64,000 nt of DNA. It comes from the human T2T-CHM13v2.0 reference genome, Homo sapiens. The notes below the pieces were generated by a model. It was not told the origin of the DNA. It ran no database searches and saw nothing but the letters and a program-made list of their open reading frames with translations. The DNA lies in NCBI RefSeq assembly GCF_009914755.1, contig NC_060937.1; one strand, given 5' to 3'. Position 1 is the first letter of the stretch, and every line of letters begins with the position of its first letter. This document shows, one piece after another, positions 43,961 through 56,810 of this stretch. The position numbers and the translations under genes are program-made.

Positions 43961-44850
43961 AGAGGAAGGACAATATGAGGTAAGACAACAGTGTGTGAGA
44001 AAAACAAGGCATAAACTAAACAAACATGCTGTATTTACTGAGTTCATATACAGAAATGGCTGAATTATAGGTAGTATTATAAAATGTGGTGAATGATGAA
44101 ATTGAACAGGTATTAGGGAAATAATCTTGCAACCAATATAGAACCATTGAAGATTTTAAGTTGGAAATAGACTTGGTAGAATTCACATTTTAGTAAAATA
44201 GCATTTATAAGGTTATAGAGAATAGATTATTGGGGAAAAATAGAGCCCATGGAATAGAGATTGTAAGTGCTCATTAAACATGGTTCATCCTTTCTTTCTT
44301 GGGCATTTGGAAGCAATGTCAACCTGCGTCGGATTTTCTTAGGGTTCATGTGGCCAATTATAGCTAATAGGATATGAAGGAGGTTAAGCCACATGTGATT
44401 TTTTCATATTGTCCTCTGGTGAATAACACTCTAAATCCACATACCTTTATGTAGAGAGAATAGGTGCAAACATCCTAAAATGGATTTTAAATATACAGTG
44501 GTGAGACACTGTATTAAGACTAATATGTTTGGTCTTAATATGATTGTGGAGAATAAAGGAGAGCTGTGTAGGAAATAAGGTCAGAGAATAAGCCAAGTTC
44601 CATGGGCCTTGGGGAGGATTTTGTGTGGTAGGTGAAGGTAGAGTAGAAGTTCTTGCTACAGATGACAGGGGTTTAAATCATCTAAGTATCTGCATCAGGT
44701 TTGTCCTTGGTGTTCCTACCGAAGTCTTTCTTTTCCCTAACCCCACAAAATGGTTTATTTCCAATGTTTGAAATGTCTTTCTCCACCTCGCCATTGAAAC
44801 AATCTTCAAAACTGTGTAAAAGTTAAGTCTTCAAAACTGTGAAATTATTT

Positions 44851-45156
44851 CTTCTTCTTCTTCTTTGTTTTTTTGAGACGGAGTTTCACTCTTGTTGCTC
44901 AGGCTGGAGTGCAATGGTGCAATCTAGGCTCACTGTAACCTCCGCCTCCTGGGTTCAAGCGATTCTCAAGTCTCAACCTCCTGAATAGCTGGGATTACAG
45001 GTATGCACCACCATGCCCGGCTGATTTTGTATTTTTAGTAGAGATGGGGTTTCACCATATTAGCCAGGCTGATCTCGAACTCCTGACTTCAGATGATCTG
45101 CCTGCCTCAGCCTCCCAAAGCGCTGGGATTACAGGTGTGAGCTACCATGTCCAGCC
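44851..45156 (-). mobile_element. AluSq/Sp-like
   Basis: gagtttcactcttgttgctcaggctggagtgcaatgg variant; TSD tgaaattattt at 44840-44850 and 45157-45167. Confidence 0.94.
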
Positions 45157-45806
45157 TGAAATTATTTCTTTCAAGTTAATCAAAGTTTTACAGCTGCAAA
45201 ATTCTGCAAACTTCTCTTGTTCTCAACCTCTCCACATTACTGGAAAAATCATAATGTGCTCCTTCAAAGTATTTTTTCCAGGTTATTGTAATAATTATCT
45301 ATTATGATTTTTCCATGCCTAGGGTCATAATATAATATTATTCTGCTTGTTCATTTCATTCCTAGAACTCCTATGTATTTTCTTCTTTATTTTTGTTTCA
45401 TTTTCTCAAACTTTCCTGATCTGAACATATAAATAGCCAGCATCATATAGGTAAGAATTTCAGATTTGTAAGTAAATTTGCTTTTTGAGATCCAATGAAT
45501 ATTTTCATGTGACTAATGAACACTCGCCCTATCTCATAATGCAATACATTTTAAACAAAATCACTTTTCCGCCACTCCCCAATCTTTATTCCAAACTCCC
45601 AAACTTTTACACTTCGTTTCATATGTTTTAAAATAATGTATAATTAAATAATGTTGAAATTTTAAAAATCTTTTCTATGGGATATTTTGTCTCATAAAAA
45701 TATAAACATCATTAAGGGCTAATTGATAGCTGACTTCCAAATTTTATAGAACTCATAAAAAATATTAATAATTATAACTACATTATCTCAAAATAATTGT
45801 AGAAAA

Positions 45807-46309
45807 TGTACACGTTTCCTTTTGATGTTGCAACTATTTATTACATCTTAGTGTTTCAAAAACCATAAATTTATTGTGTTACAATTCTGGATGTCAGATA
45901 TCTGAAATGTGTCGTAGTAAGCTAATTCTGAGGTGCTGAGAGATCTACATTTATTTACGGAGGCTCTAGTGAGACATGGTTATCTTGTCTTTTCCAGCTT
46001 CTGAAATTCACTTGTGTACCTTTGGTTGAGTCCCATTCTTCTAACCCCAAAGCTAGCAAATAAAAACAAATACTTCTCATATTGCCATCTCTTTGTCTCT
46101 CTCCCTTTATCCTTCTTTCACCTATTTATGAGAATCCTTGGACCATCCAGATAATCCAAGATAATATCTGCATCTCTAGGTCATGTTATTAACAACCTTA
46201 ATTCCATCTACAACTTTAATTTCCTTTGCCATATAACCTACCATAATCACAGATCCAGGGATTAGGAGGTGGGCATCTTTAGTGTGGGCTCATTATTCTG
46301 CTTACCACA
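45807..46309 (-). mobile_element. MLT1D-like MaLR LTR
   Basis: cagataatccaagataat...aacaaccttaattccatct...gggattaggaggtgggcatcttt...cattattctgcttaccaca. Confidence 0.8.
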
Positions 46310-46859
46310 GGTAAATATATTATTTTAAATATTAAGAAACATTTGGAAATAAAACATTTTTAAAACTTCACTAATAATACATGGTATAGAAAATAACCCA
46401 AGTGTTTACAAGGTAAGGGTTATACAAAATATGATACTTACACATTTAATTTAAAACTGGAGAGGTAGATAGTGTTCTAACACAGGTTTGGGTGTTCTTT
46501 CTGGAAGCCAAATTATCTAATAGAAAAGTTTGAACATTCTTATCCCTTCTACTATTATTCATATTTCAAAATTACTTTCACCATTTTTAGTTTTTTAAAT
46601 ATTTGGCTTTTTTTCTACTTTTTAATGCACTGAAAAGAAAATATGATCTGCCTAGAATTAGGATCTAGAAATTACTTTCCCAGGAGAATGGCTAGATATC
46701 TGTATTCCACAGCTCAGTATGTAAAAATGGGTAATGAAGCTATTTCTAAGAAATGTAAAGAATATATTAAATACTAGTTTTCTTAAAAATTGATAATATA
46801 TTTAAAAGACAAAAAAGTAAAATCAATTGATAATGCATGAATGTATGCAGTATTTTTGT

Positions 46860-47143
46860 CAGGTGTATTTAGAAACACCTTACATAGAGTAGAATCCATG
46901 CTTTTAAAGTATGCAGTTCTATACATTTTTATGTGCATACACAGTTGTGTCACCATAATTGAGACATACAATAGTGTTATTTCTCAAAAAATAGCCTTGT
47001 TCTCTTTTGTAGCCAATCCTCCAACTCTACGACAGACTCCAGGAAACTACTGATCTGTTGACTGAAGATTAAATTTTGCTTTTTCCTGAATGTTATATAA
47101 ATGGAGCCATATTGTGTAATGACTTTGTTCACTTAGCATATTA
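46860..47143 (-). mobile_element. Old L1M 3' fragment
   Basis: catgcttttaaagtatgcagttc...ggaaactactgatctg...gaatgttatataaatggagccat. Confidence 0.65.
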
Positions 47144-47532
47144 CTTTTATTTTTCTTCAACTTTGAAGTTCAGGAGTACATGTGCGGGATGTGCAGATTT
47201 GTTACATAGGTAAATGTGTGCCATGGTGGTTTGCTGCACAGATCATCCCATCATCCAGGCATCAAGCCCAGTGCCCATTAGCTATTCTTCCTGATGTTCT
47301 CCCTCTCCCCAAGTCCCCCTCCGACAGGACCCAGTGTATGTTATTCCCCGGATGTGTTCATGTGTTCTCATCGTTCAGTTCCCACTTATAAGTGAGAACA
47401 TGCAGTGTTTGTTTTCCTGTTCCTGTGTTAGTTTGCTGAGGATAATGGCTTCCAACTCCATCCATGTCCCTGCAAAAGACACAATCTCATTCCTTTTTAT
47501 GGCTGTATAGTTATCCACGGTGTCCATGTACT
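47144..47532 (-). mobile_element. L1PA13-like 3' end
   Basis: gctgcacagatcatcccatc...cattagctattcttcctgatg; ends abruptly near 47532. Confidence 0.82.
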
Positions 47533-47534
47533 AC

Positions 47535-47829
47535 CTCTTGTACATTCAAATATTAGTCCTTTGTTGGCTGCATAGTTTGAAAATGATTCCTTCCATTCTG
47601 CAGTTGTATTTTCACTCTGTTAATTAATATTATTAATTTTTGCTGTACAGAAATTTTTCATTTAAGTACCATTTGTCTATTTTTATTTTTGTTGCCTTTG
47701 CTTTTGAAGTCTTAGTCATGAGTAATTTGTCTTGGCCATGTCCAGAAGAGTTTTTTCTAGGTTTACTTGTAGGATTTTTATAGTTTCAGATCTTGCATTT
47801 TAGCCTTCAATCCACTGTGAGTTAATTTT
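47535..47829 (-). mobile_element. L1PB-like ORF2 fragment (inverted segment)
   Basis: Antisense ORF2 C-terminal sequence (gtccagaagagtttttt, gagttaattttt). Confidence 0.75.
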
Positions 47830-48381
47830 TGGAGATTTCTCAAAGAAATAAAACTGAAACAACTATTTGACCCAGCAATCCCACTAGGCGGTATCTACCC
47901 AAAGGAAAAGAGTCCATTATATCCAAAAGTCACCAGCACCCATATGTTAATTGCACTACTATTCACAACTGGAAAGTCATGGAATCAACCTAAGTGTCCA
48001 TCAACACATGATTGGATAAAGAAAATGTATATACACACTGTGAAATACTCCTCAGCCATACAAAAGAATTGAAATCATGTATTTTGTAGCAATGTGGATG
48101 GCCATTATCCTAACTTAAATAACTCCAAAACATAAGGTCAAATATTGTATGTGCTCACTTATAAGTGGAGGTAAACAATGGGTACACATGGACATACAGA
48201 GTGGAATAACAGACACTGGAGACTCCAAAAGGTAGGAGGAGGGGAGGGCACTGAGGGTTGGAAAATTACTTATTAGGTACAATGTTCTCTATTTAGATGA
48301 TTGTGCACTAAAAGTCCAGGCTTCTTCACTATGCAATATATGCATGTAAGAGATCTGCACTTGTACCCCTGAATTAAAAAC
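47830..48381 (+). mobile_element. L1PB4-like 3' end
   Basis: tggagatttctcaaagaa...atctacccaaaggaaaaga...ggacatacagagtggaataacagacactggagactc...ctgcacttgtacccc. Confidence 0.82.
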
Positions 48382-48782
48382 AATGATGTCTACCCAGAAC
48401 TTCAGAATGTGATCTTATTAGGAAAAGGTCTTTGCAGCTGTTATTAGTTTACATACGGTCATACTGGATTAGGGTGGGTCCTAAGTCAAGTAACCTGTAG
48501 GACAAACATACAGAATACACACAGGGAAGAAGGTCATGCGACATGGGTCAGAAATTGGAATGATTATGCTGCAACAAGAAATATCAAGTATGGCTGAGAT
48601 ATTCCAGAAACTGGAAGGGCAAGAAATAACACTTCCCTATAAGTTTCAGAGGGATCATGGCATTTCTTAAATCTTTATTTCAGACTTCCAACTTTCATAG
48701 AAATGTGAAAAAATACATTTATGTAGCTTGGAGACACCTAGTTTGTGGCATCTTGTTATGGCAACTCCAGAAAACTAATACA
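48382..48782 (+). mobile_element. MLT1C-like MaLR LTR, 5' end missing
   Basis: cccagaacttcagaatgtgatcttatt...ggtcatactggattagggtggg...gaaaactaataca. Confidence 0.82.
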
Positions 48783-49524
48783 AGGTATTATGTGAAATTT
48801 CTTTGATTATAAGAAATACGAGATCAATTTTTAAAATTGGGCTTTCCTTCTATTCTTCTATAATACCAACAAAAATCAGAATAAATTATCTTGGGGCAGA
48901 AGGACAAAATTTGCATAGGCTAATTGCAAGCATTTTTGAATTTAGAAACAAACATATTTCTTCTCCAAGCGTGTATTTATAGGCAGATGAGTCTGCAAAT
49001 GGAAATGTATAACAAGTACTATGTATAAGTTCCTAAAAAAACACAATTGATAGTATACTTGTATATTAGTCATGAATAACAATTAAAGGTAACATAATTC
49101 AAACCTATCACTTTATGGTTGAAACAATTGAAGTTTAGAAAAATATGTAATTGTCTTCTCCAACAACAACAGTAAATAGTAGACTCAATTTTTTTATATG
49201 TTGCTTTCACATCACCCTTAGATTTTGAAATAAAAACTTACCCCTTGCCCCTCCTGTTTCCTCTTCCCCTTGAAACATATTTATTGGAGGGGCAGTGTGC
49301 TTGAGAACAAGATTGTGTGAACAAGGAGGGGGCCAAGCAGGGCATCAACTGTCTTGAGGTGAAGGGACAAGTGAAAAAGTAGCCCTGTGAGTCAGCCACT
49401 GGAACGAAGTCAGAGCCAAACAGGGAGGTAATAGAGAAAATCAGCATCTGGTATGGAGTTAGGGTCAGTCAAGAGGTAACAAGTGAAGCAACAGACTACA
49501 TCGGGTCAGGGCCAAGGAGGCACT

Positions 49525-49842
49525 GGTGTGACTATAGAAGGATAGTCAAGAAAATACACCATTGCTGGCTTTCAGTGGAGGAAGAAGCTACTGACTCAGG
49601 AATTTAGTCTCTAGAAGTTGGAAAAGGCAACAGAGCAAACAAAACACACAACAACAAACACACACACACACACAATTCTTTCCTAGAGTTTCCAGAGAAC
49701 ACAGCCCTGCTGACATTTTGATTTTAGCACAGTGAAACCTGTCAGACTTGTAAATTCTAGAACAGTAAGATAATAAATTTGTCTTCTTTTAACCCCTTCA
49801 GTTTAGGGTAATCTGTTTTAACAACAACAAAAAACTAATAGA
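49525..49842 (+). mobile_element. MLT1D-like LTR 3' part
   Basis: ccattgctggcttt...tctagaagttggaaaaggcaa...cagccctgctgacattttgattttagc...aaactaata. Confidence 0.78.
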
Positions 49843-49844
49843 AA

Positions 49845-51310
49845 AATCAAGTTTCTCACTATCAGGAAAGCATGTAACAAATATACAAAGGGAGTTGACT
49901 ACAATAAACCCTGTAATGTTGGATTAGACTTGAAAGTAATGGGGCAAATTTTCATTATTTCACAATATAGATATAAATATAAATATGGCTACCATTGTGG
50001 ATTGATAGAGATATGAATTGTATTGTACGTTTGCATGTATGTATACAAACACACATGTATGCATGTATACATAGGGCCTGAGAGTAGCTATAGTACATTA
50101 GCAATAATCATACTTGATGCACAGATCTTGGCTTCTGAATATCACCTTTTACTTAAAAGAATCAGGCCTTCTATGAAAAATTGCTGATTCCAGGACTGGG
50201 GAAAAGAAGCTGGGAAAATGTGCCAAAAAGTAACAGAATGTCAAGAAAAAATGGAGTCTTGTCCAAGGAAAACAAAAGTCAGCTTAAAACGGCTCCCAGT
50301 GGCCAAACCCAGGACAATTTAGGACAATTTAAGCAACAAAATAAATAGAGTAGCAAATTATAATTTAATGAATAATACATGCATTCATAATAATTTAAAT
50401 AAGGAAACAAATGGAAAGAAAAGTTAGCTCTTACTTATAGTACTATTGCAAATAGTAGATGTGGAAAAAATAAAATTAGAAAATAATTATTGGGATAATA
50501 TAACAGCACTGATTGTTTAGCAAAGATTTATAAATAGATGCTAAAACTTAAATAGTTTGATGAGAAAAGCCTATTTTCATAACCCTAAATTATCTCCATA
50601 AAATTCTTTATTAATTACACTAGAAAATATGGAAACTTTACATGGATAAAATAGAAGGCAGCCCTACAAAAAGGTGATCATATTAATGTTGTCAGTAATA
50701 AAACAAATCAATATCGTATGTCATGTGCTATAGAAAGAAGAAGAACACAGAAGTGCATTTGTGATAGTTATACTATAACATAATACATTATGTAAAATTA
50801 GATTTACATAATGTATAATAAAGTTATAATAAAGGTATACATTAAGTAAAACTAATCATGACATAGCATTATACAAACCCAAACTGAAGAACATTTTACA
50901 AAATAACTAGCCTATAAGGAAAATTTAAGATTCTAAACGACAAGAAAAGACTGTGGAATAGTTTTACATTGATTGTTTCAAGAGATGTGAAAAGATAATC
51001 CTCCTGAATCTAGATTGCATCCATTTGCTATAAAGACAGCAGCAAATATTAATATAAATTTTCTTATTTTAAATGGTTATACTATAGAAGAGGACTTTCT
51101 TTTTTGGGAAATAAACATTTAACTATTTAGCTTTAAATGGGTAATTATATATCTGCATATACACACATATGAGAGTAAGAGAATGATAGAGTACTAATAA
51201 AATATTAATAAATAGATGAAGAATATATAAATGAAATGTACTCGACAGTATCTTCATACTAATTTTGTTACTTTTTAGTCATTGTGATTTTTTAAAATAA
51301 AAAGTAAAGG
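49845..51310 (+). mobile_element. L1MC3/L1MC4-like 3' UTR
   Basis: caagtttctcact...aaccctgtaatgttggattaga...cagatcttggcttctgaata...gctgattccaggactgggg. Confidence 0.65.
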
Positions 51311-52071
51311 AAGAAAATGACTTTACCAAATAGCCACTACGTTACGTTTATTCTCAGGGTCATAAAGTTGGTAAAATGATTTGTAATAACAGGGATACAA
51401 ATTTTAATTAGGTATTTTTGCCTTCCCTAAAAACATACCACATTAGTAATTATATTATCTTATTCTTCTGTGCTTATAAGTAGTCTTCTGGGCAATGATT
51501 TTATGTATACCATAAAAACCTTATATTTCCATGCAATTAATTATTTTCATGCAACTAATTAATCTTTGAAAATTCTAAGTATTTAACAATTTTTAAGATT
51601 TATACTGTATCTATATCATCTATTATTCTTAAACCACCACCCATTTTTCCTGGATCAACTCCACTGCTGTCACATAGACCAAATAAAATTCCAGAAAAAA
51701 TAAAGAACTAGTCATGAAAAAGGCTAATTCATATAGAAAACACGTACAATCTAGGCAAAACACTGCCAAGGTGAGAGAACAATAGCATTAAGTTATGATG
51801 ATACCTAAACACTAGTTATGATGAGTTATGATGATACGTAAAGACTAGGACTCATACTGCATTTTTCATTTGATCAATTATCATTTTAATCAGAAACATC
51901 ATTGGCAACCACTTGAGCTATGGAAGTTGCCTGACAATCATGAAAAAGTTTTAAAAAATGTCCTCATTCAATAATGCAGGAGATCCAACACATGCCTATG
52001 AGACAAGAAAACACATTATGTTTTGCAAAACATTTTTTTGTCAGCTCCTGTGCACTAAAGATTAACAATGA

Positions 52072-52202
52072 ATAGACAGATCATAGATAGATGATAGATA
52101 CAGAGGATGGATGATAGATATAGATAGAGGATAGATGATAGATAAATGTATAGGTAAATAGATGATAGATGGATGAATAGGTAGATAGATGATAAATAGA
52201 TG
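52072..52202. repeat. Degenerate (GATA)n microsatellite
   Basis: Read directly. Confidence 0.9.
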
Positions 52203-52344
52203 GCAAAAAATCTTTGGCTATTCAATATTTCATGAATTTAAATTTTTTATATTTTTATGTCACAGATAACACAAACATCCTAACTTAAAAAATATAAGTT
52301 GTTTTCACTGCAATCTTTAGAGTTTATTCATGAATAAATTTCTT

Positions 52345-54383
52345 TTTTGAATAAACTTTTATTTTTATTTATTTCTGTTTTAGATTGACAGATAAAATTA
52401 TATATATTTATTGTGTACAACATGATATTTTGAAGTGTATACATTTTGTAATGACTAAATACAGCTAATTAAGATATGCAGATGTTGCTTAGTTTCACAT
52501 TTATGGTGAAAATACTTTACATCTACTCTCAGCATTTTTCAAGAATATAGCATATGATTAACTATAGTCACCATGTTGCACAATAGGTTTCTTGAACTTA
52601 TTCTTTTTTCTTTCATCTAATTAAAAGTTTGTATCTTTTGACCAATATTTACCATTCCCACTACCACCACACTATCCCCTATTAACTACCATTTTATTCT
52701 CTACTTTTATGTGAAACTTCTTAGATTTCATGTATGAGTGAGATCATGCAGTATTTGTCATTCTGTGCCCGGCATATTTTACTTAACATAATGTCCTACA
52801 GGTTAATTCATGTTACTGAAAAACAGAATTTCATTCTTTTTATATAACTGAATATTATTCAATTATTTATATATATTCCATTTCTCAACCCATTCGTCTG
52901 TTGATGGACACCTAGATTGATCCCATTTCCTGGCTACTGTGAATATTATTACAACTATAATGTAGAAGTGTAGCTCTCTCTTTGACATACTGATTTCATT
53001 TCTTTTGGATGTGTACCCAGTAGTAGTAGGATTGGTGGCTCATATGGTTGTTCTATGTTTAATTTTTTTATGAACCTCCATGTAATTTTTCATAAAGGCT
53101 ATACTAATTTACATTCTATTTTAATTCTATTTTTAATTTTTAATAAAAATTAAGAAATTAATTTGTGTTTCTATTTTTAATTTTTTAATGAATCTCCATA
53201 TGGTTTTCCATTAAGGCTGTACTAATTTACATTCTCACTGATAGGGTTCACTTTTCTCCATATCCTAACTAACATTCATTATCTTTTGTCTTTTAATAAC
53301 AGTCACTCCAACAGGTGTGAAGTGTTGTTTTATTGTGGTTTTGATACGTATTTCCCTGATCATTAGTGATGGTGAGGATTTTTTTTTTTCATAACCAATT
53401 GCCATTTGTATGTCTTATTTTGAGAAATGTCTATTTAGGTATGTTGCCTATTTTCAAATTCAGTTATTTGTTTTCTTACTATAGAATTGAGTTCCTTATA
53501 TATTTTGGATATTAACCCATTATATGATGCATAACTTACAAATTTTCTCCCATTTTGTAGGTTGTTTCTTCACTGTTTCTTTTGCTGTGCAGAAGCTTTA
53601 TAGTTTGATGTAATCCCATTTGTCTATTTTTCCCTTTGTCACCTGTGATTTTGGAGTCATATCCAAAAAATCGTGCCCACAGCAATGTAATGGAATGTTC
53701 CAATATATTTTCTTCTAGTAGTTTCACTGTTTTGAGTCTTACATTTAAGTCTTTTGCCCATTTTCAGTTAATGTTTATACATGGTGTAAGGTAGGTCTAA
53801 TTTTATTCTTCTACAAGTGGATATCTAGTTTCTGAATATCATTTGTTGAAGAGAGTTTTATTTTAAAAAATAATTTTTGCCAACTGTTAAAATTTTTCTA
53901 CATTGTGTGTTCTTGGCACTTTTGTCAAAAACCAACTGGCCATAAATGCATGGATTTATTTCTGAGCTCTTTATTCTGTTACATTGGTCAGTATTTCTGT
54001 TTTTATGCCAGTATCATGCTATTTTGGTTACTATATCTTTGTAGTATATTTTGAAGTCAGGTAGTGTGATTCCTCTAGCTTTGTTCTTTTTGCCCAAGAC
54101 TGTTTTAGCTATTAAGGCTCCTTTGTGGTTTTTTACAACTTTAAAATCATTTTTTTTGTTTTTGTTTTTGTTTTTCTATTTCTATGATAAAGGTAACTAA
54201 CTGGCCTTTTGATAGAGATTACATTGAATCTGTAGATTAGGTACTATGAATGTTTTAACAATATTAATTTTTCAATCCATAAATATGGGATATCTTTTCT
54301 TTATTTGTGTATTTTTTTACTTCCTTTTATGAATCATTTACAGTTTTTAGTGTAGAGATTTTTCTTTCACCTTCTTGGTGAAT
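52345..54383 (-). mobile_element. L1MA (MA5-7-like) 3' ~2 kb
   Basis: T-rich tail, tgtacaacatgatattttga...taactatagtcaccatgttgcacaatag, followed by antisense ORF2 C-terminus. Confidence 0.85.
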
Positions 54384-55389
54384 GATGTCACATACATACA
54401 TGTACACACATACATCTAGTGCACACCTGTTGGTTCAGAAATCTAACTGTACAATATTTCGAGTTTTGCATAAATGTTATTGTAAAAGGAAATTAGGAGA
54501 TTGGTAATAATTTTGGGGGGCCATTAATAGGTTTGCCACAATTTGGGTTCATTATTCTTTGGCTACATTTAGGGTTGTTATTTTTTTTTCCCGCTGCAGC
54601 TGTAGGGGTTCCAAAAATTTGTCGTGTAATATTTCTTAATAATTGTCCATGCTTCCCTTCTGTTTATCTAAAGAAAATATCTTCTTAACACCATTTCTAA
54701 CTTCAATTTTCTTCTCTTTCTCCACATCTGAAATGATGCTTCAATTACATGTTCTTCATTTCTGTTTTATACCTTCTCATTTTACTGTTTATATTTCTTT
54801 TTCTAAAAGCACTAGTACCTTTCTTTTTTTTTCTTTTTACATTTTATCAATTAAACGTTGATGACACCATTGTGCTGTTTCAATTGGTAACTCTACAATG
54901 TCAAGTTCTAAAGGGTAGAATTTGGTTTTCTAGTTCTACATAGCAATCCTCTTACTTGTAGATTTTCAACTACTTCTTCTATTACCCATAGTGATTTATC
55001 TATTATTAAAGTGATTATTCTCACTTGAATAAATAACTCTTCCACTAAGCAATTGACCTAATACTTATTCTTTTTCCTGTGTAAAATGAATGTTCAGCCT
55101 CTCCTCCTTCCTTGTCAGTCTGTAAGTATATTCTTTTTTATGTTTTTGTTAAAACCACACCAAACCATAGAACTACAATGAAACACCCACAAATACATAT
55201 ATACCCGACTCAGTCCACTATTTATTAAACTTGTTCTCTCTCCTCTTTTCATCCAGACTTCTTGAAGAGGTAATTATTTTCCTGATTTTTATATCTTTAC
55301 TTCTCATGTAATTTATAATAGATTTATCTAATATATAGTTTGCTGAATTCTTAAAGATTCACTGACCATTGTGTAAGAGGATTATACAT

Positions 55390-55745
55390 TCCTGTTAATT
55401 TTCAAGTTACTGCTGTGTTCATTTGTGAGAAGTAACACTCTGCAACTCATTTCCCAGCTTAGAAATATTACTTGGTTTAGTTAATACAAATGAACAAAAA
55501 TAATCAGTTGTATGCCCTAGCAGAAAAGTTAAGCACTGCAGCACCACTGTCTGCTTCCATCCTTTACCTTTTCTCTCTGCTACAAGAACTTTAAGTCAGG
55601 ATATAGAGTAATGTTTCATCAGGAAGACAAATGAACAGAGCCACAGCTCACTGTAGCCAACATGTAACAAAAACAAGAGATAAAAGTTTGATCTTGTTAC
55701 TAATTGTGTTTGTTTGTTGTTTTACCACAGTGCAATCTGTAAAAA
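55390..55745 (+). mobile_element. Old MLT1 (I/J-type) LTR
   Basis: ctctctgctacaagaac...cagagccacagctcac...aacatgtaac...gagataaaagttt...gttgttttaccacag. Confidence 0.5.
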
Positions 55746-56345
55746 AAATAATAATAGTATATAAAATGTACTGGAAGACACAGTTTTGGAGGCCAGACAA
55801 ATGGAAAAACATGTTACACAATGGAGAATCTTTAAATAGTAGTGCCAAAAGCAATCATGTGGTAGCAATTCATACATCAAATGAACTTGCGTATTTAGTA
55901 TGTATTGGTGAGGTAAGCTGCATTTAACATGAAAGAGATGAGCTACAAGAAAGGCATGAGCTGAGAAAATTATTGGCCAGATGGCAAAGAGAATAAAAGT
56001 AAAACGTGAGAAATTCTGGGACTTTCGCGGTTGAGAGATGCAATTTTTACTCAGCCAATGAATCAAAGATAAAAATCTAGTGTCAAAGGTTGCTAAACAT
56101 TCAGCTTCAGGAAATACACAAAATCTAAAGTTTCACCAAGAAATGCTTTGTTAAATATCTAAATTAATTTAGTTGGTTCTTAGCAGGTTATTTACTCAGG
56201 ACAAGAGATTTGGAGAAATGATACTAAATACATTTCTCTTCCAAAGAAGCATGATAATAAGTTCAAGTTACCTGCAAATAAGTGGGCAAAAAGCATGTTC
56301 AGAAGAAAATTCTGTTGACTATTGGCATATGTAGCAAAACTGAGG

Positions 56346-56810
56346 TGTTATATGTTGACTTGTGTCTCCCAGAAAGATACCTTGAATCCGAATTCTTAGT
56401 GCCTCAAAATGTGCACTTATTTGGGAATTGGTTATTTGCAGATGTAATTAGTTAAGAGGAAGTCCTACTGGAGTAGGGTGGTCCCTTAATAAAACATTAT
56501 TAGTGTCCTAATAGGGAAAATCAAATTTTTACCAGTTATAGATACCTTGGCTACACAACCATGTGAAATGTGAAGACCAGGCAGAGAATGGAATTAATTA
56601 CACTGCCAGAAGTCAAGGAATCTCAGGGGTTAAAAGAACCTAGAAAATGCAAAGAAGAATACTTCCCTACAGGCTTCAGAAGGAGAATGGCCCTGTCCAC
56701 ACTTCGATTTTGGACTTCAAACCTTTAAAACTGTGAAAAATATTTTTTGGTTTCTTTTTAAACCACCCAAGTTGTGGTCATTGTTATAGCAACCCTAGGA
56801 AATTAATACA
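56346..56810 (+). mobile_element. MLT1C-like MaLR LTR
   Basis: tgttatatgttgacttgtgtctccc...ttgcagatgtaattagttaaga...tactggagtagggtgg...gcaaccctaggaaattaataca. Confidence 0.85.

Noticed and set aside
49240-49520. Purine-rich GC-richer segment with an AP-1 site (tgagtca); a similar segment lies at 25230-25500
   Set aside because: Probably ancient LTR remnants that I cannot assign; a single motif is not enough to call an enhancer.
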